Positions 23,301 to 35,900 of a DNA stretch of 64,000 nucleotides are shown here, one piece after another; position 1 is the stretch's first letter, and each line of letters starts with the position of its first letter. Position numbers and translations under genes: made by a program. Below the pieces are notes generated by a model. It was not told where the DNA came from. It worked only from the letters and a program-made list of their open reading frames with translations, and did no database searches. The stretch is from Caecitellus pseudoparvulus (Eukaryota > Protista > Bigyra: Bicosoecida), in contig CBFFRQ010000055.1 of assembly GCA_965644315.1 (NCBI GenBank), positions 186,001 through 250,000 of the forward strand, in the 5' to 3' direction.

Positions 23301-26300
23301 GAACGGGGTCCCCCTACCACATTGTCAGGGTGGCAAGGGATTGAGCATTGCATGCATGCTGTGTTTTCTGAACCAGACGATGCCCACAGTGTTGTTCGGT
23401 TAAAGCATGTCACCTCTGCCGGCGGAGAGATGCCAGAGAGCTCTGTGTGCAGAGCTTCACGGCTTGACGTTGGTTGGCTCGACGTTCAGTTGCATGATGG
23501 AGTTTTTGACCTTGCAAAGCATTGGCTAGGCTGCATGCCAGAGGATCGCTTGGCTGAGCTACCCACTGCATCCCCTGAAGTAGAGAGTTCTGATCGATCC
23601 CTCTCCGTGTCGTTAGGGGGTGCCAAGCTTATTGTTGACTTGCCTTGCTGTGCTGGTGTTGAAGTCCGCATCGGTGCCACCCGTTTCCAGACAAAGACTG
23701 GACGCCCTGTGGGGGCAGGCCTTCTTGACAACGTGGCAAGCCTCACTTCACAAAGTTTCGCCATTTTTCGAGGAGCATATCGTACTCAGAGCACCTCCAG
23801 GGACCCCCCGTTCCTTGAGCTGGTTGGAGCTGGTCCAGGTCCTGCCGTGGCGGTGGACTTCAGCCAGGTTGTTGTGCCGCCTCCTGTTGACACGTTAGAG
23901 TCAGTACCAGAGGTTGAAGACCGAGTGTTCGAGTGGTTTGATGGGTCAGAGGTCGTGCAGGGTGCAGCAGAGAGGAGTCAGTGCTTGATTGAAATTGTCA
24001 AGGCAAGCGGACAGCCTCAGCTTCCAGGTCAGGGACTGGGAGAAGTGACTTGCAGGCTTTCTAGAGTCTCATGCTGGCTAGATTTTCAGTGGTTGTCCGC
24101 GGTCCAGCAAGCTGTGTCAGTGCAAGTGGCCAAGCTGGTACGGTTTGCTGGCCCTCCCTCGAAAGGTCGCCAAGCTCTCCTCAGCATTCCCAGGTGTAGT
24201 GCTGTGTGCGATCTAGTGGCAGTGTCCATGCCGACAAACGTTGACAGCAGTGAAGGCACACGCTTTCTTACCGAATGCGGGATGGCTGCTTCTGTTTCGC
24301 ATTGCTTCTCGCCCGAAAAAGAGCTGCAGGTCTCCACATCTTGCTGCTTGTCAAAAATTGGTGCCAGCATTCTCGACGGTGAGGAATCTGTGCCAGTGCT
24401 GGCGCGGACCTCTGCGACTTTTGGCCTCGTAGCGCCCAGTATAACAGTGCTCGCCCCTGCAAACGCATGGGCCCGTGTTGAGCCTGTTCACATTGCACTT
24501 GATCCAGTGCGTCTTGCCCAAATTCTCAGTGCTGTCAAAGTCCAACAAGAAGGCATGCGTCTGCAAGTCGGAGAGCAGCCCCCAGCCACCTCCACAGGGT
24601 CTAGCATCGTTGTGTTTGATGGAAGCATTGAGTCTGTCGGCATTTCATGGGACACGCTGCAAGCGCCCAGTGCGCTCCTGTCCTGTCGCGTGGAAAAGCT
24701 GCACCTCAAGGTGCTACCGTCAAGCTTGCCCAGCTGCATGCTTCCGAGGGCAGATTGTGAAATGATCCAGGCATCCATGCACTTGGTACAGGTTCAGGGT
24801 GCTTGGGATGGCGACCGTCCTGACGTACTCTTCCAGGCTGGTGAAGAAGACTCGCCTGCGCTTCGGTGGACAGTTTCACAGCCAGTGTTTGGACAAGACG
24901 CGCGTAGCCAGTTGTCTGCCTTGTCAAGGTCATCTGCTACCCTGGCTCGTGCAGCACATACTCCGGACCGGCCCTGCTTCAATGTTGAGGCTTTGATTGG
25001 CCCATGCTTTGGCCTTCTGCACGTGGATCTCGTCCAGGCTTTGCAGCTCTCAATTGCTTCCCTGCCCTCGTTGTCCATCAAAGAGAAACCACTTGCTCCC
25101 GTGGGTGCATCACTTGGGGTCTCATGCAGTGTGAATCTTGTATTCTCAGATGTCAGCCTCGCCAAGTATATTCCTCCCTCTGCCCGGCACCAACTCTCCA
25201 AACTGTTTGTGGCAAGTTTTCGCTCGGAGATTGCCGCAGCAGTTGTTAAGCACACGCCTGGTGCTTGGCCTATCGCAACCATTCACTGCAAGCTTCGAGG
25301 CATGCAAGCTTCGGTTCACCCGGCCGCTCTGCGTGGCGGGGCTGTCGAGTTTCGGCACGCTGTGCGAGGACTGTCGCAGTGCCTCCGCTGTGCCGATGCC
25401 AAGGTTGAAGTCACTTTGGTCCCATGCACCCCCGTGACTCCCAGCGCAGGCAAAGACTGGTTCCCCGCCGCTGATCGCGTAAACTGGTTCAGTGATGCAG
25501 CTGCTGATCCGTTTCTGAGAATCGCTGTGCAAGTCTGCCCTGTCATCTGTCAGGCCAGCAAGGACGAGGCGCGCGCAGTTTTGCGAGCACTGTCTGCATT
25601 CACAGAGGGTGCACCCACGGAGCGCAGTAGATCTGGTTTTATGACCAGGGGTGGGTCTGGACACCCCCCTTTCAATGTTGCCCTGCACCTACAACTTGAG
25701 CATGTCTCTTTGAACCTTCTCTCCGAAAACATTGCTGCGTTCGTGGGGGACGAGGCTGTTCAACTTCCAGTGGCAAGGGTGACTCTGGACAAGCTATCCG
25801 CTGCCGCTGGTTACATGCGGAGCTCCAATCTGGCTGGCGTGTCCATGGCGGTGACAGCAGCTTGTTCTTTGCAGCGTTCATCGGGAGCTGGCCTCGCGCA
25901 AGCACTGAAGCCATGCAGAACTGGCATGACATTCTCACTGGACACGAAGTCCAACAACGCTAATGTGCATGTTTTGCTGCCGAAAGTGAGCCTTGATGTC
26001 GACTCCTTCGTTGTAAGCACTCTTCTGCGAGGCTTCAAGTCGGAGTCGAGAAGTTCACATGCGGGGGCACAACCCAGCTTCATCCCAGACAAGATCATCG
26101 AGTTCCTGCCAGGTGGACGTAGTTTCACTCCAGCATTCTTGTTTGAGAATGGGTGCGGAAGCACGGTTTTCGTGAGGACTTTTACTTCAAAGGCATCAGC
26201 TCAACGTGTGGTACGACAGCTGCGGCAAGCTTTGTGGGGAGCGGGGAGCACAGGTGAGGTCCAGTACGCAAACAACGGGTGGCTGTGCGTTCCACACGGC

Positions 26301-29300
26301 TGTCGAACCGCTCTCACTCCTGTGATGGCGCTCTGTGGGGGAAGTGCCGTGCTCCCGTGGGCTGTGTTTGCCGTCAACACCGACCTAGGTGGATCGGTTC
26401 GCCAAGCAGTGGGCAGCCTTGTGCGTTTACCTGCACATGACTTGGCGATCTTCGCACCAGTGCCCGTGCATCGTGCCGTGGGCTCGCACACTGTTAGATC
26501 CATTGTGTCCGGGCACAGCAGCACAAGCCCCCTACGGGCCACTTTGCTCGCTGCTATGCACCCTCGGCGTTCAATCGTCTCGGTCTTAACTGGAACAACC
26601 TCCGTGCGGAACAGCACGCCATGGACGCTGATACTGCAAGTTTGGTGCTTTCCTGATGAGGCACGGTTGGTTTGGGCTCAATCAATAGAGCCATGGGGTG
26701 TTGCCGAGGTCCCTGCCGTTGTGAGCAGTGACTGGCGGAGCTCGGACGGCAGGAATCATTTTGCTGCCAGAGTAGCGTTGCTCGCTGAGGGTGGCTCAGG
26801 GCCGGAATGTCGAGAAGTGCAAGGCCTGCTTGATGACCCGGCTACAGCTTTATGGGGTATCCGAGGGACAGGCTCATCAGTGCTAGCTGGCACGACATTG
26901 AGTGTTGCACTTAACGCAGGTTGTGGCTCTGCAGAAGCGGGACTCATGGTTCGCTGTGAGTCTCGGCAACCACCGGTTTTGCCCAGGGGGAGTATGCCTA
27001 CCAGCACATTGGATAGCACCAGCTTCCTGGAGGCCATTCACCCGGTGCTGCTTGGTAAGCGCACCTCCCCGGCCAGCACTGGCGGAGTGGAAGAATGCGC
27101 CAGCCGTTCGAGCGTCCACAGCCCGCATCCAGCGTGCCCATGTACCTGCCTTTCCACTGTGGTAAATGCCGAGGATCTTAGTTGGGTTGCTCCTCATGAA
27201 CACGGAGTTGAAGTGGGGGCTCCCTTTGCACTCTTGAACCGAAGTGAGCAGCTTCTTGAGGTTTCTGTGCTGTTGCTTCCACACTCAAGCTTGAATGCCA
27301 TATCAAGCTTGGAGTTGGCTTGTGCACCGAACGAATGTGCTTTGTTTTTCCCTCGCTCTGCATGGCGCTGCTCGCTTCAGATTCGGTGCTGCTTTCCGGG
27401 CTGCAGATATGCTGATGTCGGAAAATTTGTGCTTGGGGCGCGGCACCCCGTGAGTCAGTTTCCGGCCACAGGTCCTCTTGTGGCTGGAACAGCCGCCCGA
27501 AGAGGAGTGGTGATGCCGTTCTCTTGTGGGTTGCAAGTCCACGCCAGGCGCAACTGCCATGGGTGTCTTGTGGCAGAAGTGTCCCCTTCCGCCACAGTCA
27601 CGTTTCAGGGTGCATCGGAGGCCTATCCAAGACCAACTGGAAGTGAAGGATCTATTAGTTTCAAGCAAGGGAGAAACGGAATGGTAAATTGCACAGAAAA
27701 GCTTCTGTGGCCAGTCAAGTTCGCAGGTGCAGCTGGGCTGGACACCACCGCGCGAAGTGCGACAGACCGCTGGCTTGATGCAAGCCAGGCTGCGCACCAC
27801 TTTGGCCTTCCGTTTACAGCATGGTCCCGTGTCATGAGTCATGATCCGCCGTTTGTGCCCGCCGAAAAGTGGAAGCCTGAGCTTGCTGATTCTCCCCGGG
27901 GCCAGGCTGCCGCTTTCGGGCTTCAGGAACTGCTCTCTGGAGTTGAAGCGCTGTCCCGCATGCACCAAACGCGAGCCCACGCAACCCTACAGGAATCGGC
28001 GTCGAAAATTGTGGATGTCCCATGTGGAATCGGCGCGAGCGTTCCGTTCTACCTGACTCGAGCACCCCTGGGGGAATTCGAGCCTGGCTCCAGCTTCAAA
28101 CCGGGCCGTTTGGGATTCACCGCGAAACCAATGTGGAGCATCAGGAACTCGTGTGCGACTGCGTTGCAGTTTGCTCAGGAGGGAACACACGAGAGACACT
28201 GGTTTGTGGTGCCCCCAGGAGAGGTGCGGGTGGGGTCGTGGCTTCATGCAGAGGCAGCAGAACCTGAGTTTGAGCCATGGACGGCTATGCCAGGCCACGC
28301 CCAGTCGCCCCTTCGCCCAGGAGTGGAGCGCAGATATGGGCGTGTCCGAGCTACTTCCCGCCGGCACCGGTTCGCTGAGCAAGCTGTCACCTGTGGACTG
28401 AAGGGCAGGCCTGCCATGAAGCCAGCCAGCGATGCAGGGCGCGTCCCCGTTCAGCGACTGCTAAGGGTGCGGCCTTTCGCAGGAAGCCACCAAGCAAGTT
28501 GGTCTGCATGTTTCAGCCCAGAGATCATGTGTGGAGCCTGCCGTGAAGACTCCGTGACGCCCAGGCTCGTTGCGTGTCGGCTGTCTCAGACTTCCTTCAG
28601 TCCGTCTTCGCCTGCACGCCCCCACACGCAGCCGGCTCCCCGTGCGGCAGATCGCTGGCCATGTAATGCTGACAGTTGCTTTTTTGCAATTGACTGCAAG
28701 GCCGATGCCTCAGCAGGCGCAGAGTTCTCGCTGGATGTGTCTGGTGTGGATTTATCCCGCACAGGTTCGTGCGATATCCCACCTGGCCTGGTGACCATCC
28801 AGAATGCGTCCTCACTGCCAATTATGTTCCAGCAAACTGGAATAAGCCCTCTTCGGGACTGCATGGAGCTGTCGCCAGGATTTGCATGCTCGTATGCGCT
28901 CGCAGAGCACTTGTGTGCGACCCCATCATCTTGCAACTGCTCCTCAGTTAGTCAGGGTCCCGAGGGCTTCATTGGCAGGGTACCTTTGGAAGCCATCAGC
29001 TTGTTCGCGATAGCTGAGGTCCCGGCATCCTTTCTGCAGTCAGCGATGACGTCTCGTGTGTTGAACACGGTGCACGTTCATTTGGGGGACTTTGACCTGC
29101 GCCAGGTTGTTGAGAAGGACGTCGCTATTGGAGGAGCTTCCCAACAGCGGCTGGAGATCAAGGTCTTTCCACAGTCAGATGGCACCATTTGCATTCACGT
29201 ACGAGATATGGCAGACGATTTGCCTGCAGAACTAGCGTGGGTCGGCCCTGCTCGTTCGCCTGCATGCATCGGCTCCCCCACATCAACTCATCAAGGAGAG

Positions 29301-30620
29301 GTATCCTTGATGGTTTCCGTCCCTTGCGTGTCAGCCACGGTGTTTCATGCAGGAAAGAAGCTTATATCGGCCGAAGTCAAGGCTGCACACGTCACCTTCG
29401 CGCAATTCCAGCGGCAGGGATCAGGCACAGCTGCCCATGGGCGGCCTACCCCTTCCGAGAGCTCTGGAAAGCTGTCCTTTACCGCTGAAGCGGTATTCGC
29501 AACATTTGGTCACTTGAATCAGCTTTCCAGTATCCACATTGGTGGCCCCAGCCCTGCACTGAGGTTTGCTTGTCGGTTTTGTCAACTCGGTAGGTTGACT
29601 GAGATCAAGGAGGTGGACATTCAGCCCGGCCCCACTCATGTGATGCTTCATGGGGGCAGCTTTGCGCCGCTTCGTGCTGCTGTCCTTGCATTGCACAGTC
29701 CCCCCTTGACACGCTCCTTTTGTTGCCCCGAAGTCACAATGAGCGGTGACACGTTCGAGATGGCGTGGGAAGCCTTCGGTGGCAAATTGTGCTGGCCAGG
29801 GGAAGCTTGGCAGCCTTTCTTGAGTCTCATGCCGCCGGTTGCTTTGGCGTCACTCTGCAGCATGTTTCCGCCAACTCTCCTTCCATCGTTTGGGAGTGTG
29901 CTGCATGTAGTCTGTGCAGCGCACAGTGCAAGCGAGCAGTGCGGGGGAAAGGAGCTCATTCACATGGCGGGGGCTGTGGTGCACTCATGGTCGTTGAGTG
30001 TCTCAGCACGGGCTCTGCACAAGGTCCCTGGAGTGCCGCCTTTGCTGGGACACTTCGTTCCTGATTTCACTCGCACAAGGCTCACCATGCGGCGAGTGGC
30101 CTGCTCGAATGTCATGGGGACGTCGCAGCACATTGCCGCCACGCTGGCCGACATGGCACTGTCGACTGTTACCACGATTCCAAACGCAGCAAGTGTGCCA
30201 CTCAGTGTCGACTTGCACATTTTGCCCTCTCTGAGTGTTGATGACGCTCGCAGTCTGGTGCAGGCTATTCTGAATGAGCCCGGGACTGTGCCAGCTCGGC
30301 TTGCCTTCGTGTCGGGCACGATAGCATTGCATGCCGGCGTCCGCCTTGCATACATCTTGCTGGCGCCACCTTTGCAGGCTCTCTTGGATGCTACAGGGGT
30401 TGCTTCATCGGGCCCTTGTCGGAGCGTGTTCTTTCCCCATGGCCTGCTCCGGCGCTTAGCTGAACTGTGTGTTGCAAGCTGCCACCAGTGGCGAGAGCAA
30501 GGAAGCCACCATGAATGCGCACTTCCAGGCGAACCGAGGCACCCACGAGCGTTTCTGCGTCCAAAGAATGCCCCCCGCCTTGACGGACAGCTCGTGGCGC
30601 TCATCGCTGGGAAGAAATGA
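17323..30620 (+). CDS. VPS13: VPS13-family bridge-like lipid transfer protein (~4400 aa); intron at 17426-17493, then one 13.1-kb open exon
   Basis: Chorein_N: MFERLLAPLLTQFLGKYV..LNLGVWSG|YITLSNLELK..LPVALVRGFIGRVELTIPW..KITDNLQVHIRGVHLRWED..AAGITLESL; VLDLGHLEV; VAB-like PMWSIRNSC and VTIQNASSLPIMFQQ. Confidence 0.9.
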
Positions 30621-30624
30621 CACG

Positions 30625-33600
30625 TCAGCTCGCCAGCATCCCTCGCAGTTGTGACGGCAAAACCTTCGTGCTTCGTGGCGTTGAGAAATGGAAGCCCCGC
30701 GGCAGTACAGTGTTCTTGGATAGTTTCCTTGGAGAAGTACGCCTCCGTCGCTCCAAGAATACCTCGTAGTTGTTTGTGGGGGGTGGAGGCTGTCGACCCG
30801 AGCTTGACAGGGCAGCTTCAGGCGCCGACTGTTTTTGGTCTCCAAAGGCCGCTTCAAGCCTCTCAGCAACCCCACCTACCCCCCGTTTCGCCACACTCCC
30901 TGCCGATGCACCCATCTCTTCATCGTCTGTGTCTTCAGTAGCCGTTTGCTGCTCTTGCGCGTTTGCATCTCCCCCCATAGCACGGATGTATGTTTGGTGT
31001 GAAAGGTGCACGAGGAGCGCGATGCAGACGCGCACTCCAGACACGCAAGAGGCACATATCATGCACGCAGATGCTGCTAAGCGCTTGGAACGTGTGAGCC
31101 GAGGTTCGAATTTTACATCACGCTCGGCTTCCGGGAGTGACTTGTGCTTCTCAGCGTCATCTAGAATGCTCTGAGCCTCGGCGAGGCGTGGGTTGTCTGC
31201 CCATCGATAAGAATGGACCCCATACCTGGCGATGGTCTCCCAAGTCCGCATGGCATCTCCCACCCGTGATTCCGGATGTGCCATCCCTTTCTCTTGTGCC
31301 ACTTGAAGAGCGTGCTTATTCGCCCACACCCTCACCCGGTTACTCGCGGCCGGGTGCCTTGCCGTGTCTTTCTGGATCTGCCACCCCCTTTGCCGCTCAG
31401 CCTTTGACAGTCGGTGCCCCTTTGCTGGGCGCCACATGGGAATCAAATGGACGGTTGCTGGGTGAAAATGCGCCACAGTGGCGCGTTGACTCTCTGTGGC
31501 AACGCCGAGAGCCTGCGCGGTTTGGCGCTGGCTTGCAGCCGCCTCGGGTTCGTCCTCCCATTCGCCATCGCTGCTGGAATCCTGGGCTCGGTTTGCGAAT
31601 CGATTCTTGGAGTGCCTGGCGCGCTGCGACTTTTGTTTTTTCCACCTCAAGGAGAGCCGCTGCTCCCTGGCCGAGAAGCAGGCTCCTACGCAAGGCAAGA
31701 CAAAGTTCGTCATGGCACAAGCCCTGGCACATGCCGGGGGCCGCGGCGCCCAGATACTCTGTGGGGGCAACCTTCTGACAAACCTTCCAGCATACGGTGG
31801 AGATAGGCACTCAATGGTGCGCTCCAGACTTCGTCGTTGCGCTGCAGTCTGCTTCACAGGTAGCCGCCTGCCTTCCCTGGTCACGTACTCCTGTGGAGCA
31901 GGGCCGCCTTCTGATCGGGCATCTTCAGGTTCTTCAGGGGCTTCGCAGCTGCAGGGGTCTTGTGCCTCAATATGCTTGCACGCTGTGCGACATGGAAGGC
32001 ACACTCGGGTCGACCAGCTGCACTGCCAGAGAAGCACTATGAGCGTGAGCAACGCGGGGAGAGTTGCGAGAGCCGAGGTCCGAGCAGCTAGTCCCCAGGA
32101 ATCCCACGAGGGGCTCAGTGACCATGCCTTCAGGAGGGCGATGTTGGAGGTTTCCGGCACCGAGGCAGCTTCAAGAAGCTTCGTGTACTGCTGCGGAGAG
32201 ATAAACTCTTGAGGGCTCCACGTTTTTGCAAGCTCTGGATACGGCGTGCTTTGCGCTGACGCCGGGATCCTCTGGCCCAGAACGCTTGGCCCGTACCAGT
32301 GGAGGCCAGCAACCCCCAGCGGGTCCCCGAAGATGAAGACAGCAAAGATGCAGTGCACAACGAACCCCACCTTGATGATGTTCACTGCCCACTGGTTGAG
32401 CGCCTGGGCCACCCTCTTCGGCTGAGCATACAACCGCAGCATGAGGTACCTCTCAGCAATGAAGGCCAGCACAAGGGCGCATGCGCCCAATGGAACGAGG
32501 GCGGGAAATGCTGCCATGTACGCCAGGACTGCGACAAAGACACTGAGCATGCTGGCATATCGGGACTGTAGATTCAGCTCTGGGGGTTCCAGCATCCGTT
32601 GCAACTCCGCCTGTGTCAGCACCCCGTGCAGCTCCCTTTCAACAATGCAGTATCTTCGCAACGGTTGCCAGACCGCAGCGTTTACAAGCGCCGGAAGGTG
32701 CCCAACAAGCATATTCACAAGCAAGATCGTCAACACCTGGGAACCTTCGAAGGCGTACCAATGCACGGGAAATGCCAGTGGGCTGTGGACCTTGCCGCTC
32801 GCAGTGCTGCGAGCAAAGAGCACCAGCACGGCTGTGTTCGTCAACTCGCAGCCAAACATCAGCCAGAACTCCAAGCACAGGCGTGATTCTTCACTTTGGG
32901 GCTTAAGAAAGGGCATGCACCGCTGCACGAGACCTCTCAAGACGCCGTTCATGAGTACAACAAGTACGGCTGCGAGAATAGGAGCTGTCCTAGCTTCAAG
33001 GAACAGAGAAATTTCATCACGACACATCCCGCCGTGCTGTTCCAGTAGGAGCTGGGGCCCAGAGCCTGCACCGCCACTTAGACTGGCTTCAATCATGTCG
33101 AGACAAGCACAGCCACGTAGCATGTTGGCGGTGTACGTGGGCAGCTGCGCGGGCTGTTTGGTGGATGCGGAGCCGGGCCCTGCTTGAGCCGCTGTTGTTC
33201 CGGAAGCAACGGGCATGTGTGGGCTCCTGTCCCCAAGAGTGCACACGTTCGATGTCATAGGGTTGACACAGTACCCAAAGCACTTATCGGGTACTCCCTC
33301 GAATCCGGTCTGAAACTGGGGGGATTGCCAGGCAAGGTGGTACTCCCCCGCTTGGCACTTTCCAGCTTCCTCTGACAAGTCCCGAGTTAGCCGCAAGTTC
33401 AGGTTTAGTGCGTCATACCCTCCAAGAGCTGCAGCTGGCAGTTGAGCGGTGCAAAATTCAGTCGGCGGGAGTCGCTCGACAAGTGCCCCGTCAGTACGAG
33501 TGCCCCATCCAAGTGAGGCAGCTGAGATGCCAAGGAGAAGCAGCATAGTGGCAAGGAATACGAGGAGTCGTGCACACCTCTCGTCTTGTTGAATCTCCAC

Positions 33601-35622
33601 ATTCTCCCAGATGATGTCCGCTGGGTCTGCTGCAGGTTCCACTACAAGCCTCCAGCTGGGACCTGTCTTGCGTTTCAGCTGCAGCGGACCGGGCTGCAGC
33701 AGCCACATGGGAAGCCAGCTTGAGCCCCAGTAATCATCAACGCATCGACTCCTTGATTCAACATTGTTGAAAGTAATAAACGCCACGACGGAGTGGCCGT
33801 CTTGGTGTGCAGCCATGGCATGTGCCCGGGCTTGGTCCACCTGCAGCGCCACTTTGGCTGCCTCTGCCTTCGCAAGCTTGAAGCGCACATCATTATGGTA
33901 GTTGCTTGATGGGTGATACTTCATCTTCTTTGCCAAGCACTGAATGTACTCTTCGCGTTTCGAAGTGATGAGCTGTGTTCGTCGCAGCAGCTCTGAGTTG
34001 GAAGCGTGCAAGACGACGTCTGCAACCCACCCCCCACAAAACCTCTGCGCTTCCTCGACAGGCATGTGGCAGAGAAGGTGCCCCACATCCTGCACGGGGA
34101 TGCTCAAGTTGTATGCACTCGGTGGTGCTGAGACGACCCCCCAGCGGTTTGGTTTCAGAGAGTCCTGTGTTCGCTCACTTGGCGCTGCGAAGGGGTCTCT
34201 GTCAAGTTGCGGGCGACCCACGCACGCACCGAGCACCCCAAGCTTTTGGCGCCAATCCTGAGCTTCCAGGTCATATAAAGCTGAAAAGTGGTCGCGCAGC
34301 TCCTCAACGGTCACATCCGGGGGGATGCTGGTGACCTTGACCGAGTACTCCTTGGCCAGCACTCGGCGGTGTGCTCCGGATGACTGCGGTTGAAGCCGCA
34401 AGAAGTTCTCAAACGTGGCTAACACAAGCCAAAGAATAGGAACGACCATACTGACACACACTGCAGCCCACACTACCGCTTCGTCGTTAATCGTCGGGCC
34501 AATGAGAGGTACATCATATTGGGTGGGGCTTGGAGACAAGGGTGCCGCCTGCTGGGAAGCCTCGCGAGCTGCCACCACGGAAAAACTAAAGGAATTGTTG
34601 ATTGGAATGTACCTTGGAAACGCAAGCGGCTGGAAGTCAAGGCTTGCCTGCGAGCCGATGTTTGCGATGCTGAGCGACCCCCATCGAAAGAAGTCCATTT
34701 GTAACTCAGGGACCCGCTGCCCAACAAAGCACAGAAGGATTGCAGGGAGCACGGCCACGGAGGACACACTCAAACCCGCAATGAGGAGTCGATGCAGGGT
34801 CAAGTAGCTCGCTAAGGAGGTGTTGGCTGCTGGCAGGGGCTTTGACACAACGCAGTGGCACGGCATGAGAGCGACGCAACAAGCAGTCCTTGTCACAGGG
34901 CCGTCAAGGGGGACCCCACAGCAAGTCGGTTTCGGATCAGGGCCCTTCGCCCAAAGCACTGGTGATTTTCCCGCGCCTAACAGCTGGGATTTCCTGCTCT
35001 CTTCGGCCTTGATTGTGTTCGGGGGTAGCCAGCCGGTCTCCGCAGACCCGCTCCCATACATCCCCTGCATGCTGTCCCCACTGTCCTCCACGATCCAGCG
35101 CACATATCCCGGTCTGACCCGCCCAGTGCGCTTTAGCCGATCAGCAGCCTCTTCCGCAGATCGCATTGCAGTGTCCCTGTCAAAGTGGGCTTTGGCCGCC
35201 ACGCCGACAACTCTGCGGCGCTTGCTATGCCCAGAGCTGAGGGCGCCCTTTAGCTCCTCCGCAGCTTGCTGGATATCCCGATCATCTACCATCCATACTT
35301 CAGTGCGCCCGGTGGAAAAACTCTTCATTTCAACAGTTTTCGCTTGTGGGCTGCCAGCGTGCTGAGCAGCAGGGGACCCGGAGAGCGGTTGAACCGCAGC
35401 AAAGGTGCGGTGGCCTGGTGGCGTTGCCGTGGCTCGTTCCGAATGTGGGGCGGCGCCACTGGAGATTTTGCCCATGTTCGCAAGTCCTCTATCCCCTAAT
35501 TCTTTCTGGGCTTGGTCTTGGCGCTGCTGCTGCATCCTGCCCACTCGTGCGCGGAAATTGAAGCCGTCTCCAGTGTAGCTACTTCCACCCGCAGTGCGTG
35601 CCTTTGAGGCTAAGAACAGCAA
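30625..35622 (-). CDS. CSC1/OSCA/TMEM63-family calcium-permeable mechanosensitive channel; start uncertain
   Basis: EYSVKVTSIP, VAFITFNN, VEPAADPADIIWENV, LTQAELQRMLEPPELNLQSRYASML and AERYLMLRLYAQP motifs; multiple transmembrane segments. Confidence 0.85.
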   Translation of the reverse strand: MLFLASKARTAGGSSYTGDGFNFRARVGRMQQQRQDQAQKELGDRGLANMGKISSGAAPHSERATATPPGHRTFAAVQPLSGSPAAQHAGSPQAKTVEMKSFSTGRTEVWMVDDRDIQQAAEELKGALSSGHSKRRRVVGVAAKAHFDRDTAMRSAEEAADRLKRTGRVRPGYVRWIVEDSGDSMQGMYGSGSAETGWLPPNTIKAEESRKSQLLGAGKSPVLWAKGPDPKPTCCGVPLDGPVTRTACCVALMPCHCVVSKPLPAANTSLASYLTLHRLLIAGLSVSSVAVLPAILLCFVGQRVPELQMDFFRWGSLSIANIGSQASLDFQPLAFPRYIPINNSFSFSVVAAREASQQAAPLSPSPTQYDVPLIGPTINDEAVVWAAVCVSMVVPILWLVLATFENFLRLQPQSSGAHRRVLAKEYSVKVTSIPPDVTVEELRDHFSALYDLEAQDWRQKLGVLGACVGRPQLDRDPFAAPSERTQDSLKPNRWGVVSAPPSAYNLSIPVQDVGHLLCHMPVEEAQRFCGGWVADVVLHASNSELLRRTQLITSKREEYIQCLAKKMKYHPSSNYHNDVRFKLAKAEAAKVALQVDQARAHAMAAHQDGHSVVAFITFNNVESRSRCVDDYWGSSWLPMWLLQPGPLQLKRKTGPSWRLVVEPAADPADIIWENVEIQQDERCARLLVFLATMLLLLGISAASLGWGTRTDGALVERLPPTEFCTAQLPAAALGGYDALNLNLRLTRDLSEEAGKCQAGEYHLAWQSPQFQTGFEGVPDKCFGYCVNPMTSNVCTLGDRSPHMPVASGTTAAQAGPGSASTKQPAQLPTYTANMLRGCACLDMIEASLSGGAGSGPQLLLEQHGGMCRDEISLFLEARTAPILAAVLVVLMNGVLRGLVQRCMPFLKPQSEESRLCLEFWLMFGCELTNTAVLVLFARSTASGKVHSPLAFPVHWYAFEGSQVLTILLVNMLVGHLPALVNAAVWQPLRRYCIVERELHGVLTQAELQRMLEPPELNLQSRYASMLSVFVAVLAYMAAFPALVPLGACALVLAFIAERYLMLRLYAQPKRVAQALNQWAVNIIKVGFVVHCIFAVFIFGDPLGVAGLHWYGPSVLGQRIPASAQSTPYPELAKTWSPQEFISPQQYTKLLEAASVPETSNIALLKAWSLSPSWDSWGLAARTSALATLPALLTLIVLLWQCSWSTRVCLPCRTACKHIEAQDPCSCEAPEEPEDARSEGGPAPQEYVTREGRRLPVKQTAAQRRSLERTIECLSPPYAGRFVRRLPPQSIWAPRPPACARACAMTNFVLPCVGACFSAREQRLSLRWKKQKSQRARHSKNRFANRAQDSSSDGEWEDEPEAAASQRQTAQALGVATESQRATVAHFHPATVHLIPMWRPAKGHRLSKAERQRGWQIQKDTARHPAASNRVRVWANKHALQVAQEKGMAHPESRVGDAMRTWETIARYGVHSYRWADNPRLAEAQSILDDAEKHKSLPEAERDVKFEPRLTRSKRLAASACMICASCVSGVRVCIALLVHLSHQTYIRAMGGDANAQEQQTATEDTDDEEMGASAGSVAKRGVGGVAERLEAAFGDQKQSAPEAALSSSGRQPPPPTNNYEVFLERRRRTSPRKLSKNTVLPRGFHFSTPRSTKVLPSQLRGMLAS
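35551..35560. promoter_or_regulatory. GCGGAAATTG motif at the 5' end of the OSCA gene, near the divergent promoter shared with the EGF gene
   Basis: Exact reverse complement of the 10-mer. Confidence 0.45.
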
Positions 35623-35900
35623 GAGACACGCCTTCTACACTGTGTTTGACATATACAGTAGCACCACAGATTCACTGAGGCTTCCACTTTAGCGCATGTA
35701 TGTTTTGAGTGCGGTAGTCTGATCAGAAACGCGGCCCAGGCAAGTGCGAGTCACAGAGCACAGACTAGCCAAATTTCAAGCCCACAGCCCCCCCCCAGCA
35801 AGAAAGCTAGGAGATCATGCTTCACACCGTTCTCTTTGGGTCTGAGCCGTTGCGGCGCCCTGCCCCGTTGTTGGTGTGTGCCCGCCACTCTCCGCGCAAC

